IMG/VR virus record: IMGVR_UViG_3300045988_101518 | Span: 1-41,058 of that record | Reading direction: 5' to 3' (one strand) | From: a virus | Length of the DNA stretch: 41,058 nt | Shown: in pieces, positions 1-8,598 of the stretch | How positions within the stretch are numbered: position 1 is the first letter of the stretch | Layout: each line of letters starts with the position of its first letter | Notes under the pieces: generated by a model | The model's database searches: none | Told to the model about the DNA's origin: nothing | Seen by the model: the letters and a program-made list of their open reading frames with translations, nothing else | Made by a program: the position numbers and the translations under genes

Positions 1-119
1 ATTGTCTACCCTTGTCTTCCCCTGATTAAGGGCTTCAAACCCTTGATTTTACTGGGGGTCTAACCGTCTGACCAAAAATCACCGCTTATAGGTGCACATT
101 TTTAGTAAGAAAAAAAAAT
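1..119. repeat. Terminal direct repeat, exact copy of 40940-41058 (circular-assembly overlap or short DTR)
   Basis: Read directly: attgtctacccttgtcttcccctgattaagg...tttagtaagaaaaaaaaat is present at both window ends. Unique length is 40939 bp. Confidence 0.9.
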
Positions 120-255
120 AACGTTTTTCTCGCGCGTCACGTATATGGTATTAGGTTAGACAGGTTAGACGGTTAGACTATATACTTTAAAGCCGCATTT
201 TTGCTGGCCTTTCTGGTCTAACCTGAGGGCTAACCTAAATTTTACAGGTTAGACT
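1..255. promoter_or_regulatory. Putative replication origin with iterons (continues across the circular junction from 40919)
   Basis: Perfect 8-mers GGTTAGAC at 154-161, 163-170, 171-178 and 247-254. Inverse GTCTAACC at 58-65, 216-223 and 40922-40929. Degenerate copies GTCTGACC 66-73 and GGCTAACC 228-235. A9 run at 110-118 in an AT-rich stretch. Non-coding gap between the SF3 helicase and resolvase genes. Confidence 0.55.
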
Positions 256-2169
256 TTAATCAAACGGCAGTTCCATCTGTTCGTCTTCTATTGCCATAAA
301 ACCATCCGAATCCACATCCGGTTCCATATTTAATTTCACATAGTTTGCCTTGATCCCGAACACCTTCGTGTTATGGATATATTTCCCCTGTGAGTTTCGG
401 ATGACGCGTTCTTTTGCTGCCCATTTCTTACTGACTGCAGCGTAATCAAATCCATTCTTTTCCAGGAACTCACATAGCACATCTTTGTTTATCACAGCCA
501 CCGGCGGTATCTCCGAATGTTCTCTATCCTCATCGATCCTGCCCCATACTTCCCCTTTGTTCATGGACTCCTCATCATTTGGGTTCTGGAAACGTACCGG
601 GTTCTTAGCGATCCAGTTCAGCACAGCCTGGTAAGACCGTTCCGCTACGTCCACTTCGTTTGCACTTCGTAAATACATCTTCACATCAGATATCTGTAAT
701 GGGGATTCCGCTGTAAAAACAACCTCCGTCAGTATTCGGTCTGCCAGGAGGATACAAGCCATAGACATAGCCTGTTTTTCTGTAGTGTCCAGCTTGCACA
801 TGGCATCAAAATACGCTTTGTATTCCTCTTGCAATGCTTTTTTCTCCACACCCTGCAGATATTCCACAAGCATCCGGCCGGCATGTCCGTAATGTTTCGT
901 CAGGATCCCCACAGTCCGGTTTCCATCCTCCAGCAGCTTTTCTTCTACCTCAATTTCAATGACACGGTTTTTTGAGCCTGCCCGGCTATTTGCTTTGGTG
1001 ATCGGTTCTTCTCCGGTAAAAAGGTAGCTGCAGCGCCAGGTCTTAGTTTCTTCCACGCCTCCAGTTGCCCTGCCGCGTCCACGGTCGATACCTTCCGTGA
1101 TCTGATAGATCAACTGGTCAAAATTGGTCGTCCATTTATCCTTCATGGTCTGCAGCTCATCCCCGGCATAAGGCAGAGAATATAAAAAGGCAGAAGTACG
1201 CATGATGTTCACTTTTGTAGTGTTCATGGTTTTTACCAGCCCGCCCATCTTGGGATTCCCCCAGATAGACATGGCCGCCATGATAGCTACTGTCTTGCAG
1301 GTTCCAGACTCTCCGGACCAGATGTGGAGGACAAAAGGCAGCGCATTTACTAACTCGATCAGACAGCTTGCAAAGCTGGCCGCAAAAGCCAGTCGCACAA
1401 CCTTATTCCTTCGCAGGACGCTGCAGTGCTCTTTCCAGACCGAAAAATCCCCATTCTCTTTTACATTTTTGTATATGACATCAAAAGCTTCCTCACCGTC
1501 GTATACGATATCATCAGCATAAGGCATGAACTCATTTCCTGCCCATCCAAGGCGGTTGATCGATTTCCTCGGTTCCAGTTTAGCCGGATTAAGCCCGATG
1601 CAGTCACTGATATACTTGACAAGAGGCTTTGCGTTCTCAGATGTGACCTCAATGCCGATATCACTCAGCACATCAACAATGGCGGAATTATCCGCGCATA
1701 CCTTACGGTTCACAGTTACATTTTGCCACTGTCCATATTTAAAATAGGCCAGTTTTACTCGTTCCCTTCCGGTATCCACATTTTTGTAGATTTCTACCGG
1801 CAGGATGGGGTGGGTACAGGCGTTGACAAAGACCGGCTGTCCATGGTTGTCAAATTTCTGCATGGACACCCCCAGGTCATTCGCTCTCCAGGGTCCGCAC
1901 TGCAGTTCCAGCACCTGGCCGGTGAAATTCGTAGTATTGCCCGTTTCCTTCATCTTCTGGCTGTAATCCATAAAGAAGGCTTTTAGGATAGAATTGAACT
2001 CATTTGCCCGTTTCATCTGCCTTGCCTTATTTTTCAGAGCTTCTATGTACTGGGCGCGTTCCACATTGCCTTCTATCTCGAAGATCTTATAAAAGATTTC
2101 ATCTGGAAATGGCTCTCCCGCCGTCAGAGCCTCCATACCAGTCAATAACTCGTTTTCGGATCTCTCCAA
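256..2169 (-). CDS. Replicative SF3-type helicase / primase-associated protein (DUF927/VirE-like)
   Basis: 637-aa ORF with Walker A GESGTCKT (HIWSGESGTCKTVA). Lies directly downstream of the CHC2 primase Zn-finger gene and next to the iteron region. Start uncertain (TTG 2169 or ATG 2136); it overlaps the upstream gene. Confidence 0.7.
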   Translation of the reverse strand: MERSENELLTGMEALTAGEPFPDEIFYKIFEIEGNVERAQYIEALKNKARQMKRANEFNSILKAFFMDYSQKMKETGNTTNFTGQVLELQCGPWRANDLGVSMQKFDNHGQPVFVNACTHPILPVEIYKNVDTGRERVKLAYFKYGQWQNVTVNRKVCADNSAIVDVLSDIGIEVTSENAKPLVKYISDCIGLNPAKLEPRKSINRLGWAGNEFMPYADDIVYDGEEAFDVIYKNVKENGDFSVWKEHCSVLRRNKVVRLAFAASFASCLIELVNALPFVLHIWSGESGTCKTVAIMAAMSIWGNPKMGGLVKTMNTTKVNIMRTSAFLYSLPYAGDELQTMKDKWTTNFDQLIYQITEGIDRGRGRATGGVEETKTWRCSYLFTGEEPITKANSRAGSKNRVIEIEVEEKLLEDGNRTVGILTKHYGHAGRMLVEYLQGVEKKALQEEYKAYFDAMCKLDTTEKQAMSMACILLADRILTEVVFTAESPLQISDVKMYLRSANEVDVAERSYQAVLNWIAKNPVRFQNPNDEESMNKGEVWGRIDEDREHSEIPPVAVINKDVLCEFLEKNGFDYAAVSKKWAAKERVIRNSQGKYIHNTKVFGIKANYVKLNMEPDVDSDGFMAIEDEQMELPFD

Positions 2170-2725
2170 CCTTCTTCACCGCCTTTTCATCGTTAAAATA
2201 ATCTTCCAGGTCGTATTTCAGGCACTCCAGGCGGTACTCTACGATTGTGAGCTCCTGTGCTGCCTCTACAAAATGCCGGTCCCGCGGGTCCCTTATCGCC
2301 TCACACAGGAGCCGTCTATACACTTCTAGCACGGTATAAACTTCCCTCCGGAACCGTTCCCGCCGCTTTCTCTCCCGGATTCGCTGTTCCCTTTCTCTCT
2401 TGTCCCGGTAGGAAAGTCCTTCTGTTTTTATTGGCAGGGAAAAGTCTTCTATCAGCTTTCTGGCCGCGCCCTCATTATTGATTCCATGCAGCCTGGAAAC
2501 AAATTTTATAACGTCCCCGCCAGAGCCACAGGAAAAGCAGTAATACCCCTTATCATTTGGATATATCTTCATACTGGGCTTTTTGTCATTATGGAAAGGG
2601 CAGAGGCACCGCCCCTGCCTGTCCACCGGATGTCCATAAAACTCTGCCGCCTGGCGCATACCCACCCGCTGCTTGATCTCCTGATAATCCTCTTTACATA
2701 AATGGAAGTTCTTCATCAATGCCAT
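2099..2725 (-). CDS. CHC2 zinc-finger protein (DnaG-type primase Zn-binding domain)
   Basis: CLCPFHNDKKPSMKIYPNDKGYYCFSCGSGGDVIKF is the classic CHC2 motif. The basic, coiled C-terminal half shows no obvious TOPRIM domain. Confidence 0.75.
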   Translation of the reverse strand: MALMKNFHLCKEDYQEIKQRVGMRQAAEFYGHPVDRQGRCLCPFHNDKKPSMKIYPNDKGYYCFSCGSGGDVIKFVSRLHGINNEGAARKLIEDFSLPIKTEGLSYRDKREREQRIRERKRRERFRREVYTVLEVYRRLLCEAIRDPRDRHFVEAAQELTIVEYRLECLKYDLEDYFNDEKAVKKVGEIRKRVIDWYGGSDGGRAISR

Positions 2726-3311
2726 CCGGGATGTTCATAAAACCCCTGCCTGCAAGCTGTGGGTCAGAAGACGGGGCTGGAGCGGGGGTAGAAGCTGCAA
2801 CACTTGCTGTGTTTTCCAGCAGCTTATCTTCTGGTATCTTTGCATCCTTTAGTCCGTCAATGCTGCGGATCTGAAATATCTTAGTTGCCATCCTTCTTTC
2901 ACCTTCTGGAGTAAGGAACTCTTCCCTGCCCATGACAGCACCAAATTTTTTCCCGACAAGCGTTTTCTCATTTCCTTCAAGCCCCCACGGGAACTGGTAT
3001 CCTGGATTTGACTTTTCGATACTGGTCATAAGCCCTTTGAAGAACGGAAGTCCCTGGTCATCCATGTTCTGCCGATGCATGCCTTTATATTTTGCGTTCT
3101 GGTCCGCCTGCTTTGCCATCTTGAACTGCTTCCGGTAAAAGTCCTTATATTCTCCCTCTGCTATATCAAACTGCATGGCAAGACGGCTGTGCCCTCTGTT
3201 CTCTTCTTCTTTTACACCAAGGACTTTACATATATATAGTCCTGCCGGGAGTTGCATGAACTCCCCTGTATAAGCCGGTGCCTCATCATATCCCTGTGGT
3301 TTCTTTATCAT
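2694..3311 (-). CDS. DUF669-like single-strand DNA-binding partner of the Sak4-type ATPase
   Basis: 205 aa immediately downstream of the P-loop ATPase. The acidic C-terminal tip DGIDEELPFM resembles SSB C-terminal tails. N-terminal pattern is typical of the DUF669 family (recognised by eye). Confidence 0.55.
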   Translation of the reverse strand: MIKKPQGYDEAPAYTGEFMQLPAGLYICKVLGVKEEENRGHSRLAMQFDIAEGEYKDFYRKQFKMAKQADQNAKYKGMHRQNMDDQGLPFFKGLMTSIEKSNPGYQFPWGLEGNEKTLVGKKFGAVMGREEFLTPEGERRMATKIFQIRSIDGLKDAKIPEDKLLENTASVAASTPAPAPSSDPQLAGRGFMNIPDGIDEELPFM

Positions 3312-3969
3312 CTTTCTTTTCCTCGCTTTCTTTATTCTTCGGATTTTCTATCTCGTAATATTCCCGAATGGTGTTATCCACCATCAGGAGGTCATTGTCA
3401 ATCTCAATATCAGCAAACATGTCATCCGGTGCCTTGCTTACTGCCCCGTCCCTGGACTGGGTTACAAACGCATACCGTTCACCTTTGACCGCCCGGAGCA
3501 CGATCGTAAACATGCCTTCCAGGCAGACTTTCTCATCCAGCAGCTTCCCGATGGTTTTGGGCTTGATATCCCCGAAATCGTTGGTGTCCTCATGCATGAT
3601 GACATAAACGATCCTGTCCTCCGGAGCTTCATCTGCAATGCATTTCACCAGTCTGTAAAAATCATCGGCAAGCTGGTTATACAGGGAAAAGACGGCGTTC
3701 CCCTTGCCCGTGGTGTTATGCCCGTCCATAAACTGTCCAGTGATCAGATAACCTGCATCGTCAATAATGATTGATTTTGGCCACTGTTTACTCTTCACTG
3801 CAGCCTTTATCTTTCCATAATCACAGCATACGTTTCCTGGTAATTTTCCCCGAAATGGAAGTGGTTTGTTCAGTACCCTGATGAGGCCAAAATCTTTTCC
3901 TACACAGTTTTTTAAGCTCCGGCTCTTCCCTGCGCCGGACTTACCTATGATCAATACCGGTATCCCCAT
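3286..3969 (-). CDS. AAA_24 / Sak4-like RecA-type recombination ATPase
   Basis: N-terminal P-loop IIGKSGAGKS, about 227 aa. Synteny with the DUF669-like and Gp157-like genes. Confidence 0.7.
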   Translation of the reverse strand: MGIPVLIIGKSGAGKSRSLKNCVGKDFGLIRVLNKPLPFRGKLPGNVCCDYGKIKAAVKSKQWPKSIIIDDAGYLITGQFMDGHNTTGKGNAVFSLYNQLADDFYRLVKCIADEAPEDRIVYVIMHEDTNDFGDIKPKTIGKLLDEKVCLEGMFTIVLRAVKGERYAFVTQSRDGAVSKAPDDMFADIEIDNDLLMVDNTIREYYEIENPKNKESEEKKDDKETTGI

Positions 3970-4560
3970 CTATTTGTCCTCCTTCCTGAAATCAATCCGC
4001 TCAAGCGCATCCAGCACCCGGTTCCCGTCATCCCCTAATTTACTGCTGCAGAGGGCCAGGGCTGAACTGTCATTTTTCCAAAGCATGATATCTCCCTGTT
4101 CATTCCTGGCTGATGGCCCCATAGGTGCGCTCTCATTTTCCAGATCTTTCAGGTCTATTATTCCGTATAAATCTTCTGACACGGCGATCAGTCTGTTTGT
4201 ATGCCTGCACTGCATTATCCTATAGGAGTTCCAGTTTGCGGCATATACGACAGGTGTCACTGTAAACGGAGTTTTTGCCTCCATAAAGCGCTCCGGAAGG
4301 TTCAGAAATGCGTTTTCTGAGATCTCGTATTGTATAGGACTGTCTTTTTCAGCCTTAAAAACACATCCAAGCTTTGGAAGCTCACCTGTGTATTCCATGA
4401 CAGCCGCTTTCACCCAGTTAGGGACAAATTCTTCATCTGTCCATACAACCCATGTGCTGCCGGATATCACCAGTCCGTCATATATGTAGCCAACGGTCAA
4501 CCCGCCGTGATTAAAAGCATCCTTAATCCATTTCTTGAATATTGTCTTATTTAGAAACAT
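3970..4560 (-). CDS. Hypothetical protein
   Basis: ORF trimmed to ATG 4560, which is preceded by AAGGAGGAAAGAG. 196 aa with no recognisable motif. Confidence 0.55.
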   Translation of the reverse strand: MFLNKTIFKKWIKDAFNHGGLTVGYIYDGLVISGSTWVVWTDEEFVPNWVKAAVMEYTGELPKLGCVFKAEKDSPIQYEISENAFLNLPERFMEAKTPFTVTPVVYAANWNSYRIMQCRHTNRLIAVSEDLYGIIDLKDLENESAPMGPSARNEQGDIMLWKNDSSALALCSSKLGDDGNRVLDALERIDFRKEDK

Positions 4561-4735
4561 CTCTTTCCTCCTTGCCTTTTTCAATACCATGCCGGATCCC
4601 GTCCAGCACAAACTCCATTTCCTCAAATGACAGATGCCACACAGATGAGACCATGGTCTTGGTAAGCTTTGCTGATAGATCCATAAGCTGGCCCATCCGG
4701 TATGGTGTCATCTCTATCTTGTTATCCATAGGCAT
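4547..4735 (-). CDS. Hypothetical small protein
   Basis: ATG 4735 overlaps the upstream stop (TGATG coupling). 62 aa. Confidence 0.4.
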   Translation of the reverse strand: MPMDNKIEMTPYRMGQLMDLSAKLTKTMVSSVWHLSFEEMEFVLDGIRHGIEKGKEERDVSK

Positions 4736-5232
4736 CACCGGATATTCAGGTGGGTCCCGTATGGCTTCAGCGCAGCCCACTCTACTTCCTTCTCCGCCAG
4801 CAGCTCCCGAACTTTATCTTTATCCACTACCGGAGGCTGTGGAATCAGGAATTTGCCTGGGATGTCATCCAGGTTGTCCGTAATCTCCAGCGGCTGCTTC
4901 CCACCGTTTTTTGAAACACTGAAGCTGAACAGCGTAGTCTTGAATTTTGTCTTACCGATAAATTCCAGGTTTGCCTGAAGTGTTTCCTTAAGGCGTCTGG
5001 CACGGTTCTCCAGAGACGCCCTGCGGCCGCGGAGTCGGTCTTCTTCTGCCTTCAGGGCGTCTGCATCCGCAATCATGGAGCGAATCAGCTTCGCATAATT
5101 GTCCGCCTTATCCTCAATCTCGCCTTCGATGGATTCCAGGGTGTCTAAAATCACCTGCTCATCTGTCTCGCCGTCATACAGCATTTCCGCAACGGCTTCC
5201 CATTCCTCAGTTAATTCATATAATTTACTCAT
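4735..5232 (-). CDS. Siphovirus Gp157-like protein
   Basis: 165 aa. N-terminus MSKLYELTEEWEAVAEMLYDGETDEQVILDTLESIEGEIEDKADNYAKLIR plus a coiled coil matches the Gp157 family pattern. Position in the recombination module fits. Confidence 0.6.
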   Translation of the reverse strand: MSKLYELTEEWEAVAEMLYDGETDEQVILDTLESIEGEIEDKADNYAKLIRSMIADADALKAEEDRLRGRRASLENRARRLKETLQANLEFIGKTKFKTTLFSFSVSKNGGKQPLEITDNLDDIPGKFLIPQPPVVDKDKVRELLAEKEVEWAALKPYGTHLNIR

Positions 5233-5557
5233 TGACTAATCCTCCATTAACCTGAAAATGTATTTCATTCATTGCTTCCGATATTCTTTTTGCGATTTTC
5301 GCATTGTCCATATGTACCTCAGGTTTTATTTGCGCTGGCGCAACAGGCTTATCATAAAAATCGTCCCTACTGCATACGGGCTCTTTGTTCGCACTTCGAT
5401 ATCCAGCAATCAATAGGATATTGTTTAAGCTCAGTCCTGCTTTACGGCCTCCATCTTTTGATGCTCTCATTGCCATTTCAGCAATTATCCTCAGCTTCTC
5501 GGAATCTCTGACCAGCTCTTCGTATTCATGTAATGGTACTTCTATCTTGTTTTTCAT
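5225..5557 (-). CDS. Hypothetical protein
   Basis: ORF trimmed to ATG 5557, preceded by GGAGGAAAAG. 110 aa. Confidence 0.5.
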   Translation of the reverse strand: MKNKIEVPLHEYEELVRDSEKLRIIAEMAMRASKDGGRKAGLSLNNILLIAGYRSANKEPVCSRDDFYDKPVAPAQIKPEVHMDNAKIAKRISEAMNEIHFQVNGGLVNE

Positions 5558-5604
5558 CTTGACTTTTCCTCCAATTTTCCCTATGATTAAGGTGTGTTTA
5601 ATTA

Positions 5605-5898
5605 TCAAGTCCCTGATTGCTTGCCGGCGCCAGGGGCTTTTCCAGCGAGTGTAAAACGGTGGCAGGATTCCGAATAGGTCTTCATGTTGCCGATCTCTGC
5701 CTTAAAGCCATTATCTCCATCACTCACACATCTGTAATGACTACCCGTGTCATCCTCAATCCACACGGCATGACCAGTTGTCTCTGTTCCCAATGCTATA
5801 GTAACAATGTCAAGAGCATTGTTTTTGGCAATCAGCTCCAACGCTCTTAAATGCGGAGCCATTTCCTTACTTATCTCTAGCCATGTTTCTTTTGTCAT
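5605..5898 (-). CDS. Hypothetical protein
   Basis: 97-aa ORF. ATG preceded by AGGAAGGA. Confidence 0.5.
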   Translation of the reverse strand: MTKETWLEISKEMAPHLRALELIAKNNALDIVTIALGTETTGHAVWIEDDTGSHYRCVSDGDNGFKAEIGNMKTYSESCHRFTLAGKAPGAGKQSGT

Positions 5899-6155
5899 AG
5901 CGTTCCTTCCTCCTTTCTAATCTTGCTGATACTAAACACGCTAAGTTGATGTGATGCCAGCTTATAGTCTTTATCTCTCTGGCTCTTTGTGCTATACGCT
6001 TTGTGCTGGCTCCCGATATCGTTCTCCATATAGATGTGGAGGATATAGACACCCGAATCATTTCCAAGACAGTTCTTTTGGTCTTCATAACCGATAGACT
6101 GGATCTTGTTTACATTAAAAATGTCGTCGTTGATCTTGATAAAGACTGGTTCCAC
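5895..6155 (-). CDS. Hypothetical protein
   Basis: GTG 6155 lies 7 nt downstream of GGAGG (6163-6167). The track ORF extends to 6194. Confidence 0.45.
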   Translation of the reverse strand: MEPVFIKINDDIFNVNKIQSIGYEDQKNCLGNDSGVYILHIYMENDIGSQHKAYSTKSQRDKDYKLASHQLSVFSISKIRKEEGTL

Positions 6156-6339
6156 GTTTCCGCCTCCTCTCTTCCCAATCCTTGGCAGTCTCAAAAATTA
6201 CCACCAACAGCACAAATATAAATATGTAACACATAACTGCCTGCGGCGCATCCCGTGGCTGCCACCATCCCGTCATAGCTGCCAGCGCTGTACAGATTGC
6301 GGCGTCTTTTAGAGTGTTGTAGTGCATTACATTACACAC
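6115..6339 (-). CDS. Small membrane protein (two hydrophobic helices)
   Basis: 74 aa. Hydrophobic stretches AAICTALAAMTGWW and VMCYIFIFVLLVVIF are followed by a basic tail. Confidence 0.4.
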   Translation of the reverse strand: MCNVMHYNTLKDAAICTALAAMTGWWQPRDAPQAVMCYIFIFVLLVVIFETAKDWEERRRKRGTSLYQDQRRHF

Positions 6340-6554
6340 CCCCTTTGCCTTGCCAGCTCTGCCGCCCGGTTCTGCCGGATGAGATATTTCTGCAGCTCAT
6401 CGGTGTCAAACAAGGTTGGACTTGTCTTGTTATTTGGATTGACCTTATATGCTACCTTCTGACCCTTCTCCCTGCTGATTCTGCGGAGCATTTTTTCAGG
6501 GAATCCCATTTGAACCAGCTCTTTTTGATACATGATTTTCTTTGGAAATTCCAT
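6327..6554 (-). CDS. Excisionase-like / HTH_17-type DNA-binding protein
   Basis: 75 aa. The pattern ...KELVQMGFPEKMLRRI...AYKVN...LFDTDELQKYL resembles small MerR/Xis-type winged HTH proteins. Confidence 0.4.
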   Translation of the reverse strand: MEFPKKIMYQKELVQMGFPEKMLRRISREKGQKVAYKVNPNNKTSPTLFDTDELQKYLIRQNRAAELARQRGCVM

Positions 6555-6568
6555 TGTTACGCCTCCTC

Positions 6569-6597
6569 TTGTTTTATTTTTCTCTCCTGTCTATAAT
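6569..6597 (+). promoter_or_regulatory. SigA-type promoter for the plus-strand gene 6647
   Basis: TTGTTT (6569-6574), 17-nt spacer, TATAAT (6592-6597). Confidence 0.4.
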
Positions 6598-6646
6598 GTA
6601 CTTACAGGCGTTGCAGCGCCGAGTACATAAGGAAGGACTAATAAAT

Positions 6647-6850
6647 ATGAAAGACTTTAATGATTTTTTAAAGACACTGACAACAGATGAAATTAAATCG
6701 ATCATTGACGAATGTCAGAATCCATTAGCAGCTATACGCGATGGTAGCGATAAGTCTAATGAGGCATACTTTGGCAATCAGGTTGCTACAACATCCCTCT
6801 TCATTTCTCTTGGATTGTTGCGTCGTTACCACGAATGGCTTGCTGAATAA
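6647..6850 (+). CDS. Hypothetical small protein on the opposite strand inside the early operon
   Basis: ATG 6647 preceded by AAGGAAGG. 67 aa. Its 3' end overlaps the convergent gene 6801-7052. Confidence 0.45.
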   Translation: MKDFNDFLKTLTTDEIKSIIDECQNPLAAIRDGSDKSNEAYFGNQVATTSLFISLGLLRRYHEWLAE

Positions 6851-7052
6851 CCTTAGCTGTCATTTTACTGTCAATAGTAATTGAATGGGCGTTGGTACTG
6901 TATCCGGTATCTTCTGAGACTACCAACGTCCATGTTCCATCTTCAAAGACCAAATTAAAATATTTTCCGCTTTGAGAGATATCCCTTCCGTTGACCTCAT
7001 AGATGTTTTTCTCAACATCTATATGTAAAGACTTCAGTTCTTCAATTTTCAC
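6801..7052 (-). CDS. Hypothetical protein
   Basis: GTG 7052 preceded by GAAGGAGGTGAGGAA, an SD supplied by the 55-bp junction repeat. 83 aa. Confidence 0.45.
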   Translation of the reverse strand: MKIEELKSLHIDVEKNIYEVNGRDISQSGKYFNLVFEDGTWTLVVSEDTGYSTNAHSITIDSKMTAKVIQQAIRGNDATIQEK

Positions 7053-7058
7053 TTCCTC

Positions 7059-7113
7059 ACCTCCTTCTACTCTTCCAAGAAATACTCAATTGGCACGCCG
7101 AAATAGTCGGCCA
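7059..7113. repeat. 55-bp junction repeat, copy 1 (3' end of an XRE-HTH gene, stop codon and SD)
   Basis: acctccttctactcttccaagaaatactcaattggcacgccgaaatagtcggcca is identical to 8008-8062. On the minus strand it reads ADYFGVPIEYFLEE-stop followed by GAAGGAGG. Confidence 0.9.
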
Positions 7114-7145
7114 ATTTTTTTAAGCTTGTCTACTTTTGGTATGTT
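7067..7145 (-). pseudogene. Truncated, frameshifted relic of an XRE-family HTH gene
   Basis: The minus strand reads NIPKVDKLKKI, then shifts one nucleotide at an A7 run (7115-7121) into LADYFGVPIEYFLEE-stop. An in-frame stop lies just upstream (7146-7148) and there is no start codon. Confidence 0.45.
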
Positions 7146-7174
7146 TCAGTCACTTCTTCCTGTTGACACAAACA

Positions 7175-7203
7175 TTTACATTTTCTTCTCATTCATCTAT
7201 AAT
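7175..7203 (+). promoter_or_regulatory. SigA-type promoter for the plus-strand gene 7253
   Basis: TTTACA (7175-7180), 17-nt spacer, TATAAT (7198-7203). Confidence 0.5.
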
Positions 7204-7252
7204 ATTATTACAGGTCCCTGCCGTGACTGAGTAAATCCAAAAGGAATTATAT

Positions 7253-7810
7253 ATGGATATAATCATTGCAATCATAGGTTGTATAACAGGATGCGCCGGG
7301 TTAAGTATCAGCCTTTATAGGGCTTATCTTGAGCGCGGTAAGTTATCTGTTTTTAGTGACCCAAAAGAAAATTTCTATTTTCCTAAAATTTACACTGGGT
7401 ATTCTACCAATAATCAAGCTGTTGTTTCTTTGAGGCTGATTAACCGTTCTGTTTTTCCTACAACTATATATAACGCCACCATTAAGGTTTGTGGCTCAGA
7501 ACGCAAAGTTGAGACCATCAAAGAAGACGTCTTGAAAATTCCCTCTTCTGAATATTTGTTTGGAACTGAACCTGTATCTTTGCTTGTAGATATGAAATCA
7601 AGGCTTTCCTTGCCTTATGTATTAAATCCTTTTGGTGTATATCAAGGAAGTGTGTTTATACCTTGGTTTCCAGATACAAGCGAATCAGAGTTAGATATCA
7701 CGATATTTCTACATACATCTCGTAGACGAAAACCCATTAAATGTCGCGCCAAAATAAGGGAATTTAAAGCAACGGAATACACGTCAAAAATTAAAATAAC
7801 AAAAGAGTAA
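7253..7810 (+). CDS. N-terminally membrane-anchored protein of unknown function (moron, candidate exclusion/defence protein)
   Basis: 185 aa. N-terminal helix MDIIIAIIGCITGCAGLSISLY, then a beta-rich soluble part. Own promoter and SD (AAAGGAA). Opposite strand to the surrounding early operon. Visibly AT-rich. Confidence 0.6.
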   Translation: MDIIIAIIGCITGCAGLSISLYRAYLERGKLSVFSDPKENFYFPKIYTGYSTNNQAVVSLRLINRSVFPTTIYNATIKVCGSERKVETIKEDVLKIPSSEYLFGTEPVSLLVDMKSRLSLPYVLNPFGVYQGSVFIPWFPDTSESELDITIFLHTSRRRKPIKCRAKIREFKATEYTSKIKITKE

Positions 7811-7999
7811 GGCTCCTGTAATCAACAACCAAAGTGAAATAAAAATCGCTCTTATCCTCGTCCTGAACCTGAAATATCCATTCATAATGTCTGATGTTTC
7901 AGGTTCATCCTGGATATTCTGTATCACTATTTCTTTTCCATCCATTTCCTTTCCGTCTATCACACCCAATGATATGCTTGTATGTGATACCTTTTTCAC
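7784..7999 (-). CDS. Small C-terminally membrane-anchored protein
   Basis: GTG 7999 lies 8 nt after GAAGGAGG from junction repeat copy 2. 71 aa with C-terminal helix IFISLWLLITGALLFCYF. Confidence 0.45.
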   Translation of the reverse strand: MKKVSHTSISLGVIDGKEMDGKEIVIQNIQDEPETSDIMNGYFRFRTRIRAIFISLWLLITGALLFCYFNF

Positions 8000-8007
8000 C
8001 TCACACT

Positions 8008-8062
8008 ACCTCCTTCTACTCTTCCAAGAAATACTCAATTGGCACGCCGAAATAGTCGGCCA
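8008..8062. repeat. 55-bp junction repeat, copy 2
   Basis: Identical to 7059-7113. Confidence 0.9.
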
Positions 8063-8065
8063 GAA

Positions 8066-8359
8066 TTAACAATTTGTCAAACAATTCTTGCTCCACACGT
8101 CCGCAAACTGTTTGAATAATTCAAAACAAGCTTCAGCATCTGCATATGTAAGTATCAAATTTTTCACATTCTTACTTCGCCCAGTCTTCTGCGCATATAG
8201 TTCTCGGGCAGTTGAATCACAGACTGTTGCCATTCCCCACAAATGATTTTGATATATTTTTTGTAATTTACTCCAATACTCCATATACAAAGAACGATAC
8301 ACATAATTGGGAGATACGCCGGAACATGGGCACTCGTCCAAATTGATTGTGATTTTCAT
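8066..8359 (-). CDS. Hypothetical early protein
   Basis: 97-aa ORF directly downstream of the cro-like gene. No motif recognised. Confidence 0.5.
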   Translation of the reverse strand: MKITINLDECPCSGVSPNYVYRSLYMEYWSKLQKIYQNHLWGMATVCDSTARELYAQKTGRSKNVKNLILTYADAEACFELFKQFADVWSKNCLTNC

Positions 8360-8400
8360 TTATTTTTCCACCTTTTTTAGATTCTTTACTTTTCGACCTG

Positions 8401-8592
8401 TTACTCCTTTATAAGGTCTGTAACCTTAACACCTATTGCGCCCGAAACTTTTTTTAATGTATCCATGTTCGGGCTTACTTTTCCATCTTTCCATCTGCTA
8501 ATACACCCCGCTCCAAGTCCTGCTAATACTTCAATTTCTTGGAATGTAATGTGCTTTTCTTTGCAAATTTCTTTCAGGTTATCATAAACCAT
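8401..8592 (-). CDS. Cro-like XRE-family HTH regulator
   Basis: HTH signature ITFQEIEVLAGLGAGCISRWKDGKVSPNMDTLKKVSGAIGV. Divergent from the cI-like gene. ATG 8592 has better spacing to AAAGGAGAG than ATG 8598. Confidence 0.75.
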   Translation of the reverse strand: MVYDNLKEICKEKHITFQEIEVLAGLGAGCISRWKDGKVSPNMDTLKKVSGAIGVKVTDLIKE

Positions 8593-8598
8593 TATCAT

